Source: Alphaproteobacteria bacterium (GTDB lineage Bacteria; Pseudomonadota; Alphaproteobacteria; MPNO01). Taken from it: a stretch of 64,000 nucleotides of DNA. This document shows, piece by piece, positions 41,671 to 51,004 of the stretch. The notes beneath the pieces are model-generated. The model was not told where the DNA came from and did no database searches. It saw only the letters and a list, made by a program, of their open reading frames with translations. Made by a program: the position numbers and the translations under genes. Position 1 is the stretch's first letter. Each line of letters starts with the position of its first letter. Location of the stretch: NCBI GenBank assembly GCA_965248835.1, contig CBDFLJ010000002.1:512001-576000 (forward strand). Reading direction: 5' to 3'.

Positions 41671-42800
41671 GGCGCGATCCTGTCGGGCGTTGCGGCATTG
41701 GCGCTCAATGCGCGGGCGCCGTCCGGGGTCACCACGACCGGCTCGCCGCACATCAAATAGCCGGTCTCGGGAAGGTACTGGTTCGGGTGGAGGACGAAGA
41801 CCATCCCGGTCTCGAGCACGGTCTCGTTGTCGGCCGACACGTCACCCGGAAGGTTGGAGGTCAAGCCGAGCCCGTGGCCGCGCACCCGCATGTAGGGCGG
41901 TCGGCAATACGCCCCATAGCCGGCCTGGCTGATCGCCTGGTTCACCGCCTCGGTCACATCGGCCATCCTCGCTCCCGGCACCGCCGCCTCCCGGCCGCGC
42001 TCCATCGCCGCCTGCAGGATGGCGTAGTTCTCTTCATAGCCGGGCGGACCGGTTCCGATCGCGACCGTGCGGCAGATCTGGACGAACTGCCCCTCGAAGC
42101 TCGGCGTGATCTCGGCAAGGATGAGGTCGCCTTCGGCCAGCACGCGCCCGCCGGCGGCCCGGACGGCGAGGTTGTGCTGCGAGGCGCTCATCAGAAGGAA
42201 GTTGTCGTCGCCGCCCTGGGCCTTCATGTGGCAGTAGATGTCGGCGGCGAGCGCGTATTCCCGCACGCCCGGCCGGGCAACCTCCAGCAGCCGCCGGTAT
42301 CCGCTTTCCGCGATCCGCGCGGCTTGCTCGGCGCGCGCGATCTCCTGCGCGCTGCGGCACCGCGCGATGGTGCGGACCAGCCCTTCCATCGCCCTCGCCT
42401 TGCCGCCGAACAGGTCCCCGAGCCGCTCGGCCAGGGGCAATGCCAGCAGCGACAGCCCGTCGGTGATGACCGAACCGCCGGAAAGCCGGTCGCGTGCCAG
42501 CACGCGCCCCACGGTCTCGACCAGGTCGTCGGTGCCCAGCGTTTCGTCGGCGGTCGCGGCGGCGGCGGCGCGGCCGGCGTCCCAGGCCGGCGTGATAATC
42601 AGCGTCGCCGGGCCGTCGCACCGGACGATCACGGCCGCATCGCCCATCTGCTTCACCCCGCTGAGGACGAAGACCGCGTTGGGCTCGAGAAAGGAATGGA
42701 ACCCGGACGCAAACGCGACGAGCGCGTCGGCGCCTTCGGCCTCCAGCCGCTCGACGACGGTCCGGCGGCGCATGACCGAGGTATCCAAGGCCGGGATCAT
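41667..42800 (-). CDS. M24/creatinase-fold protein (start uncertain; 42839 is an alternative)
   Basis: RSAQEI, PGVREY, QICRT, RGHGLG, GMVFVLHPN. Confidence 0.82.
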   Translation of the reverse strand: MIPALDTSVMRRRTVVERLEAEGADALVAFASGFHSFLEPNAVFVLSGVKQMGDAAVIVRCDGPATLIITPAWDAGRAAAAATADETLGTDDLVETVGRVLARDRLSGGSVITDGLSLLALPLAERLGDLFGGKARAMEGLVRTIARCRSAQEIARAEQAARIAESGYRRLLEVARPGVREYALAADIYCHMKAQGGDDNFLLMSASQHNLAVRAAGGRVLAEGDLILAEITPSFEGQFVQICRTVAIGTGPPGYEENYAILQAAMERGREAAVPGARMADVTEAVNQAISQAGYGAYCRPPYMRVRGHGLGLTSNLPGDVSADNETVLETGMVFVLHPNQYLPETGYLMCGEPVVVTPDGARALSANAATPDRIAP

Positions 42801-42966
42801 GGATCGACAACCATCATTTTCCTCACTGCCGCGCATCATCCTATCCTATATGCCGGCCGACAGCCGCCGCCGCCTCGAGCGATGGATCGACGGCTGTCAG
42901 CGTTTCCTTGGAGCGCTGCGGGTCGCTATCGTCGCGCTCGCGACCGGTCCGAATCTGGAGATGACA

Positions 42967-45300
42967 ATGGGTGAATACGGGGTGGGGCAGTCGGTCCCGA
43001 GGCTTGAGGACGAAACCCTTCTGACCGGGCGGGGTTCGTTCAGCGACGATGACGACGGCGCGGGCGCGCTGCGCGGCCATGTCCTCCGCGCCCCGCACGC
43101 CCACGCCCGGATACTTTCGATAGACACCGCCGCCGCGGCGCGTTGCCCCGGGGTCGCGGCGGTGCTTGTCGGCGCCGACTACCGCGCCGATGGGCTCGGC
43201 GCGATCCCCCATATCGGCCCGCCGGTCAAACGCCGCGGCGGTGCGGATCTCGACGCGCCGCCCTACTACCCGCTCGCGGACCAGCGGGTGCGCCATGTCG
43301 GCGAGGGCGTGGCCTTCGTGCTCGCCGACACGCCGGAACAGGCAAAGGATGCCGCCGAGCGCGTCGTGGTCGACTACGAAGCGCTGCCGGCGGTCACGGC
43401 GACGGACGAGGCGCTGAAACCGGGCCGCCCCGGCGTCTGGGAGGGCTGCCCCGGCAACGAGGCCTTCGTGTACGCGATCGGCGATCGGGCGGCGACCGAC
43501 GCCGCCTTCGCCAAGGCCGACCATGTGGTCCGTCGACGGCTGGATATCTCGCGGGTGCTGGCCAACGCGATGGAGCCGCGCGGCTGCCTGGCGCATTACG
43601 ACCGGCGCCGCGGCGCCTTCCGGCTGCGCGCGCCGGTCCAGCACCCCTTCGTCGTGCGCGGCGTCCTGGCCCGCCAGATCTTCGGCATCGACGAGCGGCA
43701 GATCCATGTCGAGGTCGACGACGTGGGCGGCAGCTTCGGCATCAAGGCCAACATTTATCCGGAATATCTGTTGGCGCTCTGGGCGGCGCGGCGTCTCGGC
43801 CGGTCGGTCAAATGGACCAGCGAGCGCAGCGAAGGCTTTCTGTCGGACTTCCACGGCCGGGACAATCTCACCGAGGCCGAGCTCGCGCTCGATTCCGACG
43901 GACGGTTCCTCGGTCTGAGGGTGCGCACGATCGTCAATCTCGGGGCCTATCTGTCGCCGCTGGGCGCCGGGCCCGCGGTCAACAATCTCGGCAGCCTGGC
44001 CGGGGTCTATCGGACGCCGGCCGCCCATGTCGAGGTCCGCGGCGCCTTGAGCCACACCCAGCCGACGGCGCCCTATCGCGGGGCCGGCCGGCCCGAGGCG
44101 GCCTATGTCATCGAGCGCCTGATCGACGCGGCGGCGGCCGAGCTGGGGATCGACCGGATCGCGCTGCGGCGGCGCAACATCATCGCGCCGGACGCGCTGC
44201 CGTTCGCGACGCCGCTGGGGTTCACCTACGATTCGGGGGAATTCGAGGCCAACATGGACCAGGCCCTGGCGCTCGCCGACGCGCAAGGGTTCGCCGCACG
44301 CCGCTTCGCGGCCGCCGGGCGCGGCAAGCTGCGCGGGCTCGGCCTCGCCAACGCGATCGAGCGCGCGGCACCGCCCGGGCTGGAGTATGCCGAGATCCGT
44401 TTCGATCCCTCGGGCGCCGCGACCGTCCTGTGCGGGGCGACGTCCCAGGGCCAGGGCCATATGACGATCTTCGCCCAGGTCATCGCCGACCGGCTGGGGC
44501 TTGCACCGGATTCGCTGCGCTTCGTCCAGGGCGATACCGACCGGCTGGCCTTCGGGTTCGGTGCCGGCGGCTCGCGGATTTCGGCGATGGGGACGGCCGC
44601 GGTGATGCTCGCCGCCGACCGCGTCCTCGCCAAGGCCCGGATCATCGCCGCCCACGCGCTGGAGGCCGCCGAGGCCGACATCGCGTTCGACGACGGACGG
44701 TTCGTCATCGCCGGCACCGACCGGTCGATCGCCCTGGCCGAGGTCGCCAGGCGCGCCTTCCAGCCGGCGATGCTGCCGGCCGGCCTCGATCCCGGGCTCT
44801 ATGAGAGCGGGACCTATCGGGGGAGCGTGGCGTCCTATCCCAACGGCTGCCATGTCTGCGAGGTCGAGATCGACCGCGAGACCGGCGCCGTGGAGATCGT
44901 CCGCTACGTCGTGGTTGATGATTTCGGCACCCTGATCAACCCGCTGCTGGTCAAGGGCCAGGTCCATGGCGGGGTCGCGCAAGGCGCGGGTCAGGCGCTG
45001 ATGGAGGCGATGGTCTTCGACCGCGACAGCGGCCAGGTCCTCGCCGGCTCGTTCATGGACTACGCGATGCCGCGCGGCGCCGATCTGTGCGCGATCGAGG
45101 TCGAAAGCAATCCGGTGCCCACCGCGACCAACCCGCTGGGGGTCAAGGGGGCGGGCGAGGCCGGCAATGTCGGGGCGCTGCCGGTGGTCATCAGCGCGGT
45201 CGAAGATGCGCTGTCCGCCCTGGGGATCCGCGATTTCGCCATGCCGGCGACGCCCGAGCGGGTATGGCGGGCGATCGAAGGCGCGCGGGTCGGGCGGTGA
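42967..45300 (+). CDS. Xanthine dehydrogenase/CoxL family molybdopterin-binding subunit
   Basis: GQSVPRLED..LTGRG, VGGSFGIK, PYRGAGRPE, GQVHGG, KGAGE. Confidence 0.93.
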   Translation: MGEYGVGQSVPRLEDETLLTGRGSFSDDDDGAGALRGHVLRAPHAHARILSIDTAAAARCPGVAAVLVGADYRADGLGAIPHIGPPVKRRGGADLDAPPYYPLADQRVRHVGEGVAFVLADTPEQAKDAAERVVVDYEALPAVTATDEALKPGRPGVWEGCPGNEAFVYAIGDRAATDAAFAKADHVVRRRLDISRVLANAMEPRGCLAHYDRRRGAFRLRAPVQHPFVVRGVLARQIFGIDERQIHVEVDDVGGSFGIKANIYPEYLLALWAARRLGRSVKWTSERSEGFLSDFHGRDNLTEAELALDSDGRFLGLRVRTIVNLGAYLSPLGAGPAVNNLGSLAGVYRTPAAHVEVRGALSHTQPTAPYRGAGRPEAAYVIERLIDAAAAELGIDRIALRRRNIIAPDALPFATPLGFTYDSGEFEANMDQALALADAQGFAARRFAAAGRGKLRGLGLANAIERAAPPGLEYAEIRFDPSGAATVLCGATSQGQGHMTIFAQVIADRLGLAPDSLRFVQGDTDRLAFGFGAGGSRISAMGTAAVMLAADRVLAKARIIAAHALEAAEADIAFDDGRFVIAGTDRSIALAEVARRAFQPAMLPAGLDPGLYESGTYRGSVASYPNGCHVCEVEIDRETGAVEIVRYVVVDDFGTLINPLLVKGQVHGGVAQGAGQALMEAMVFDRDSGQVLAGSFMDYAMPRGADLCAIEVESNPVPTATNPLGVKGAGEAGNVGALPVVISAVEDALSALGIRDFAMPATPERVWRAIEGARVGR

Positions 45301-45391
45301 CGAACCCCGCGCCCGCGCCGTCCGGATCCGTCGGGATAGGCCTGGATACCGGTTCTCGGAGGCGAGACATCGCCCTGTCCGGGAGGGGCGC

Positions 45392-45465
45392 TGGAGCGGG
45401 CAGCGGGAATCGAACCCGCACGAGCAGCTTGGGAAGCTGCCAGGCTACCACTACATCATGCCCGC
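45392..45465 (-). tRNA. tRNA-Gly (CCC)
   Basis: GCGGGCATGATGTAGTGGTAGCCTGGCAGCTTCCCAAGCTGCTCGTGCGGGTTCGATTCCCGCTGCCCGCTCCA. Confidence 0.93.
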
Positions 45466-45655
45466 GTTCGGCGGCCATTCTATCGCCGGGGCGGGCCATC
45501 ACAAGCGCCGAGTTTCCCTGGACCCGCCGGGCGGGCGATGTCATTACCGACGCCGGATCAATGGACGTGCGCCGGGAGAACGGCATGGGACCCGGTCCTT
45601 GCGAAGACGACCCGACGGGGCCGGTGGCGGGCGTGCGGGGCGTACGGGGCATGCC

Positions 45656-46051
45656 ATGAGCGCGGCGCTGGTCGGACGCCTTGCCAGCGGAATCGGCCAG
45701 GGCCGGCACTTCACCCGGCTCGCCTGGGCGCGTGCGCAATTCATCGACAAGCTCGGCATCGATCCCCATCCCGGCACCGTCAACGTCATCATCGACGACC
45801 CCGATGCGATCACCGTCTGGGTGCGGCTGAAGCGCACCGACGGGATCAGGATCGACAACCCTGATGATGGCCCGCACGATTGCGACGCACGCTGCTTCAA
45901 GGTCGCGATCGAGGGCCGGATCGAGGCGGCCATCGTGCTGCCGGAGGTCGACCACTATCCGCCGGCCCAGGTCGAGATGATCGCCGCCGCGAATGTGCGC
46001 GACGCGTTGGGGATCGAGGACGGCGATCCGGTGCGGATCGAGATCCGGTGA
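45656..46051 (+). CDS. Archaeal-type CTP-dependent riboflavin kinase (RibK/DUF120)
   Basis: GRLASGIGQG..F..F..KLG..PHPGTVNV and EMIA..VRDALGIEDGDPV motifs; 131 aa. Confidence 0.8.
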   Translation: MSAALVGRLASGIGQGRHFTRLAWARAQFIDKLGIDPHPGTVNVIIDDPDAITVWVRLKRTDGIRIDNPDDGPHDCDARCFKVAIEGRIEAAIVLPEVDHYPPAQVEMIAAANVRDALGIEDGDPVRIEIR

Positions 46052-46064
46052 GGGGAGGGTGCCG

Positions 46065-47150
46065 GTGAAGGGACGCTACGACTCGGCCGAAACGGAGCTG
46101 TGGCGCTACCCCCTGTCGGGTCCGACGGGCGGCTCGGGGATGACCGCGGTCGATGTCATCGTCGTCACTCTCGTGGATTCGCAGGGGCGCAGCGGGATGG
46201 GCTTCAGCTACGTCCTCGGCGGCGCCGGCGGGGCGGTCGTGCGCGCCATGGCCGCCGACCTGCTCGCGCGGTTCGTCGCCGGCCAGGACTGCATCCCGCC
46301 CCAGGCGCTGTGGCGCCGGCTCGCCGGGGCGCTCAACCGGCTGGGGCGCGGCACGGGGTATCTGGCGGTCGCCGCGATCGATGTCGCGGCCTGGGACCTC
46401 CACGCCAAGGCTCTGGGGATGCCGCTCTACGCCGCGCTCGGCGGGACCGCCCGCGCCGTGCCGGTCTACGGCTCCGGCGGGTTCCGGCCCGACCAGGACC
46501 CGCAGGAAGCGCTTGAGCGGGCGCTCGCCCATGTCGCGCGCGGCTGCAAGGCGGTGAAGCTGCGGCTGGCCGGTGATCGCGGCGACGCCGCGCGCATGCG
46601 CACCGTTGCCGACGGCCTGCCGGCGGGCATCGACGTGATGGTCGATGCCAACGAGCGCTGCGACCTCACGCGCGCTCGATGGCTTGCCAACCGGTGCGGC
46701 GAGATCGGCGCGCTGTTTTTCGAGGAGCCGTTGCCGGCCGATGCGCTCGACGGCTATGCCGCGCTCGCGGCGGCCTCGCCGGTGCCGATCGCGACCGGCG
46801 AGCACTTGCAGGGCGTGGTCGAACTGGCGCCCTATTTCGCCGCCCGGGCCTGTGCGGTCATCCAACCCGACATCGCGATGATGGGCGGGATGTCCGAATG
46901 CCTGCGGGCCGGCCAGTTCGCCGCCTGCCACGATGTCGCGGTCTCGCCGCATTTCCTGCCGGCGCTGTTCGTCCATCTGGCCTGTGCGCTGCCCAACGTG
47001 GCCTGGCTGGAGGATTTCCCGCTGCTCGAGCCGCTGTTCGACGACCCGGTCGCGATGGACGGCGCCGCCATGATCACGCCGCGCGAGGTCCCGGGGCACG
47101 GCATAAGCTGGGCACCGGGCGCGCGGGAGGCATATTTGAGCAAGGAGTAG
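46065..47150 (+). CDS. Mandelate racemase/muconate lactonizing (enolase superfamily) enzyme
   Basis: IDVAAWDL.AK, VPVYGS, KLR, DAN, EEP, GEH; GGGGAGG RBS. Confidence 0.9.
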   Translation: MKGRYDSAETELWRYPLSGPTGGSGMTAVDVIVVTLVDSQGRSGMGFSYVLGGAGGAVVRAMAADLLARFVAGQDCIPPQALWRRLAGALNRLGRGTGYLAVAAIDVAAWDLHAKALGMPLYAALGGTARAVPVYGSGGFRPDQDPQEALERALAHVARGCKAVKLRLAGDRGDAARMRTVADGLPAGIDVMVDANERCDLTRARWLANRCGEIGALFFEEPLPADALDGYAALAAASPVPIATGEHLQGVVELAPYFAARACAVIQPDIAMMGGMSECLRAGQFAACHDVAVSPHFLPALFVHLACALPNVAWLEDFPLLEPLFDDPVAMDGAAMITPREVPGHGISWAPGAREAYLSKE

Positions 47151-47158
47151 GAGGCGCC

Positions 47159-48022
47159 ATGAAGCTCGCCCGCTACAACGCCGACAAGCTCGGCCTGGTG
47201 AGAAACGAGCAGCTCATCGACGTCACCGAGGCGATCGATGCGATCGAGACGGCTGGGCAAGCCGGTTGGCCGCTGCCGCCGGGCGACCGGCTGATCGCCG
47301 CGATCGATGCGGTGCGCGCGCGCGTCGACGCGTTGCGCAAATCGGGCTTCGTCCAGCTCCATACCAGCGTCAGCCTCAAAAGCCCGGTGGCCAACCCGAC
47401 CAAGGTGATCGGCGCTCCGGCCAACTACCGTGCGCATATCGACGAGGCGAACGCCGATCCCGGCATCACCTTCGGGACCACGACGACGACGATCGAGGAC
47501 TACGGGCTGTTCCTCAAGAACCCCGTCCCGGTCGGCCCGGGCGAAGGGATTGCGCTGCCGTTTGCCGACCGCCGCACCGACCACGAGGTCGAGCTCGCGA
47601 TGATCATCGGCCGGACCGCCAGGAACGTCGCCCGGGCCGATGCGCTCGACTGCGTCGCCGGATACGCCATCGGCCTCGACATGACCGTGCGCGGGCGGGA
47701 GGAGCGCAGCCTCCGGAAGGCAGCCGACGGCTTCTCGGTGCTCGGCCCGTGGCTGGTCACCGCCGACGAGATCCCCGATCCCGATTCGCTGGCTCTCAGG
47801 CTCAGCGTAAACGGGGAATTGCGCCAGGACTCCTCGACCGCGATGCAGATCTTCGATTGCCGGCGGCTGATCGCCTACGCCTCGCGGTTCTACACGCTCT
47901 ATCCCGGCGACGTGATCATGACCGGCACGCCCGAGGGCGTCGGCCCGGTCGTGCCGGGCGACGTCATGACCTGCGAGATCGAAGGGATCGGCGCGATGGA
48001 GGTCGCGGTTCGCGCCGCTTGA
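47159..48022 (+). CDS. Fumarylacetoacetate hydrolase family protein
   Basis: ANY..H, DHEVEL, DMTVR, GPWLVT, PGDVIMTGTPEGVG. Confidence 0.93.
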   Translation: MKLARYNADKLGLVRNEQLIDVTEAIDAIETAGQAGWPLPPGDRLIAAIDAVRARVDALRKSGFVQLHTSVSLKSPVANPTKVIGAPANYRAHIDEANADPGITFGTTTTTIEDYGLFLKNPVPVGPGEGIALPFADRRTDHEVELAMIIGRTARNVARADALDCVAGYAIGLDMTVRGREERSLRKAADGFSVLGPWLVTADEIPDPDSLALRLSVNGELRQDSSTAMQIFDCRRLIAYASRFYTLYPGDVIMTGTPEGVGPVVPGDVMTCEIEGIGAMEVAVRAA

Positions 48023-48033
48023 GCGGTCCCCGC

Positions 48034-49242
48034 CTACTTCTCCAGATCGAAGATCCGCTTGGCGTTGAGGCCGAGGATGTTGCGCTTGGCGTCTTCGTCG
48101 AGGAACGGGATGTCCCAGATCACCGCCGGCGGGTCGAAGTCCCAATGCGGCCAGTCCGAGGCGTAGAGGAGCTGGGTCCCGGCGTTGACCATCTCGAACG
48201 TCAGCTCCAGCGCCTTGGCGTGGTCGGTCTCCAGCGGCTGGCTGGTGTAGTACATCTCGGCCATGTATTCCGACGGCCGGCGCTTGAGCAGCGGCGCCTC
48301 CGAAGTGCGCATCATGTAGGTGTGATCGAGCCGCTGCATCAGCCACGGCACCCATGACAGCCCGCTCTCCATCCACACCACCGGCAGGTCCGGGAACCGC
48401 TCGGGCAGGCCGTTCATCACCCAGTTGGTCATATGCAGCACGTTGCACCAGACGAACGACAGCGCGTGCATCGAGCCGAAACGGTTGATCTGCATCATCG
48501 AGGGGTCCTGCCAGTAATAGCCGGCGTGAAAGCCGATCGGCAGGCGGCGCTCCTCGAGCGCGCGGTAGACCTTCATGTAGTGGTTGTGATGGACCGGCTT
48601 GTTGCGGACCGAGGTGACCATGAAGCCGACGATCCCCGGCGCGTCGCCGAACTTCTCGACCGTCTTCAGCGCCTCATCGGCGTCGTTGAACGGCAGGAAG
48701 GCCATGCTCTTGAGGTTCTTGTCCTGGGCGAGCAGGGTCTCGACCGTCCAGCGGTTGTAGGCGTTGCCCAGCAGCGGCTCCATGTCGAACTGCGGATGCA
48801 TGCCGAGGAACAGCATCGGCGTCGGGAAGACGATCTGCTTGTCGATCGACATCGACTGATAGGCGCGCCTGGCCAGCACCACGTCGCGGTGCAGCCCGTC
48901 CTCGGCCGCGTTCTCGCGCCGCGCGGCCTGGTGCGGGATGCGCCCGCCGCAATCCTGATAGCGCAGCGCGAGGTCGCCGTTCAGACCATAGGGCGGCGAC
49001 CCGGTCCGGTTCTGCAGGAAGTCCTCGGCCTGGCTGCGGATCACCTCGTCGTCGAGATAGCCGACGATGTCCGCCCAGGACTCGCTCTCGGTATGGTGGG
49101 AATCCATATCGACAATGAACACGTCGTCGAAATTGCGCGCATCGGCCTGACGCCGGGCGCGGGCGAGGATGTCGCGGGTGTCGGTCGCGACGCCGATCTG
49201 CCGTATCGGGTTCTCCCGTTGCGGCTCGAGTCCGGAATCCAT
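48034..49242 (-). CDS. Amidohydrolase-fold protein (Amidohydro_2), candidate dinuclear oxygenase
   Basis: DMDSHH, AYNRW, GFHAG, ERFPDL..MESG, ASDWPHWD. Confidence 0.85.
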   Translation of the reverse strand: MDSGLEPQRENPIRQIGVATDTRDILARARRQADARNFDDVFIVDMDSHHTESESWADIVGYLDDEVIRSQAEDFLQNRTGSPPYGLNGDLALRYQDCGGRIPHQAARRENAAEDGLHRDVVLARRAYQSMSIDKQIVFPTPMLFLGMHPQFDMEPLLGNAYNRWTVETLLAQDKNLKSMAFLPFNDADEALKTVEKFGDAPGIVGFMVTSVRNKPVHHNHYMKVYRALEERRLPIGFHAGYYWQDPSMMQINRFGSMHALSFVWCNVLHMTNWVMNGLPERFPDLPVVWMESGLSWVPWLMQRLDHTYMMRTSEAPLLKRRPSEYMAEMYYTSQPLETDHAKALELTFEMVNAGTQLLYASDWPHWDFDPPAVIWDIPFLDEDAKRNILGLNAKRIFDLEK

Positions 49243-49277
49243 TCAGTGTGCTCCCAATAGAGATTGCCGCCCGGCGG

Positions 49278-49595
49278 TCAGCCGTCCGTGCCCGGCCGGG
49301 GCCGGCGGAACCACATCGCCAGGTCGAAGGTGTTTAGGTTGCCGGCGTGCAGCATTTCGGTGACGGTCACCACGATGTCCGTCGCGGTCGCCGACTCGGT
49401 GGACAGGAACGGCAGGAAAACCCGGTCCTCCATCTCGACCTTGTTGGCGAACAGCCGGGCCCCGGCGGTCAGAAGCTGCTGGACGACCTCGTCGGGGACC
49501 GCCTCGGTCGCGCCGTCGTCCAGGGCCTTCTCGGCGATCGCGAGTGCCTTGGCGGCCGCCTCGCGGATCACCGCGATGTCGTCAGACGACGACAT
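49278..49595 (-). CDS. Small helical hypothetical protein
   Basis: GGGGAGG RBS; overlaps the Rieske gene; TATD..V..ML....NTFDLAMW. Confidence 0.75.
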   Translation of the reverse strand: MSSSDDIAVIREAAAKALAIAEKALDDGATEAVPDEVVQQLLTAGARLFANKVEMEDRVFLPFLSTESATATDIVVTVTEMLHAGNLNTFDLAMWFRRPRPGTDG

Positions 49596-49953
49596 AGACC
49601 TCCCCTCCGTCGACCTTGACGTCGTATGGCTTGAGCCGGACGTTCCGGTCCCCGGGATGTCGGCCGGTCTTCAGGTTGTACTCGTAGCCGTGCCACGGGC
49701 AGACGATGTGCACGTCGGTCTCGGAGAATTTGAGGCCCTTGCTGGTCTTGTCCTCGCCCAGCACCTCCTCGACCTTGCCCAGGATCTTGCCCTGGCAGAC
49801 CGGCCCGCCCTGATGCACGCAGTTGTTCTCGTAGGCATAGAACTCGCCGCCGACATGGAAGACGCCGATCTCGATGTCGCCCTGGGCAACGATCTTCCGG
49901 TCACGGTCGCCGAAATCGGCCTGCTTGCCGACATAAATTTCCGCCACGCTCAT
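49582..49953 (-). CDS. Rieske [2Fe-2S] ferredoxin
   Basis: CVH and CPWH ligand motifs. Confidence 0.93.
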   Translation of the reverse strand: MSVAEIYVGKQADFGDRDRKIVAQGDIEIGVFHVGGEFYAYENNCVHQGGPVCQGKILGKVEEVLGEDKTSKGLKFSETDVHIVCPWHGYEYNLKTGRHPGDRNVRLKPYDVKVDGGEVYVVV

Positions 49954-49985
49954 CCCCTTTCTGGATCCGTTGGTTTCACCGGCCC

Positions 49986-50015
49986 AGTTTAACGGTTAAG
50001 ACACCGAGACTCCAA
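49986..50015 (-). promoter_or_regulatory. Promoter of the Rieske operon with overlapping palindrome
   Basis: TTGGAG-18-TAAACT; TTAAC-G-GTTAA at 49989-49999. Confidence 0.45.
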
Positions 50016-50026
50016 CGCCGCGCGCC

Positions 50027-51004
50027 TCAGGCCCGCAAGGCCTCGCAAAACACCGCCGGATCGACGTTGCCGCCCGAGCAGACGACGACCACCGTTCGCC
50101 CGCTCGCATCGAAGCCGCCGGACAACAGCGCCGCCATGGCGACCGCGCCGCCGGGCTCGGCGACGAGCTTGAGCCCGGAGAAGATCGCGGCCATCGCGCG
50201 CGCCACCTCGCGGTCGGACACGGCGATCCCGCGGGCCAGCAGCCGGCGGTTGATCGCGAAGGTAAGCGCACCCGGTTTCGGCGCGCGCAAGGCATCGCAG
50301 AACGTCTCTGCGCTCGGCGCGACCGACTCGCGGCTTCCGGCCAGGAGCGACCGCGCGGTGTCGTCGAAGCCGGCAGGCTCGACCGCGATCATCTCGACCG
50401 CGGGGAAGGCGTCCTTCATCGCGACCGCGATGCCGGCGATCAGCCCGCCGCCGCCGACCGGAACCAGGACGGCGTCGGGCACGATCCCCAGCCGGTCGAG
50501 GTCCTGGGCGATCTCCAGCCCGACCGTGCCCTGTCCGGCGATGATCCGCGGATCGTCGAACGGCGGGATCATGCGAGCGCCGGTCTCCTCGGCGATGGCA
50601 GCGGCCAGGTTCTCGCGGACCTCGGTGGTGCGGTCGTAGGCCACGATCCGCGCGCCCCACGCGCGGGTTGCCGCGATCTTCACCGCGGGCGCATCCGACG
50701 GCATGACGATCGTGGCCGAAACGCCATGGGCCGAAGCGGCCGCTGCGACCGCCTGGCCGTGGTTGCCCGACGAGTAGGCGATCACGCCCGCGCGGCGCCC
50801 GGCCTCGCCGAGGCTCGCGACCGCGTTCCAGGCGCCGCGGATCTTGAAGGCGCCGGTGCGCTGCAACATCTCAGGCTTGACCAGGATGCGCCCGCCGCCG
50901 CGCGCGCCGGTCTCCGGCCACGCCAACAGCGGCGTGCGGACGATCTTGCCGGCAAGCCGCGCCGCGGCCCGGGCGATGTCCTGCGGTCCGGGCTCAGATA
51001 CCAT
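50027..51004 (-). CDS. Threonine/serine dehydratase family PLP enzyme
   Basis: QRTGAFKIRG, SSGNHG, GGGGL, SGGN. Confidence 0.92.
   Translation of the reverse strand: MVSEPGPQDIARAAARLAGKIVRTPLLAWPETGARGGGRILVKPEMLQRTGAFKIRGAWNAVASLGEAGRRAGVIAYSSGNHGQAVAAAASAHGVSATIVMPSDAPAVKIAATRAWGARIVAYDRTTEVRENLAAAIAEETGARMIPPFDDPRIIAGQGTVGLEIAQDLDRLGIVPDAVLVPVGGGGLIAGIAVAMKDAFPAVEMIAVEPAGFDDTARSLLAGSRESVAPSAETFCDALRAPKPGALTFAINRRLLARGIAVSDREVARAMAAIFSGLKLVAEPGGAVAMAALLSGGFDASGRTVVVVCSGGNVDPAVFCEALRA

Noticed and set aside
45561-45659. 32-codon ORF overlapping the RibK start by ATGA
   Set aside because: Low-complexity, no motif and no clear RBS; cannot be supported.
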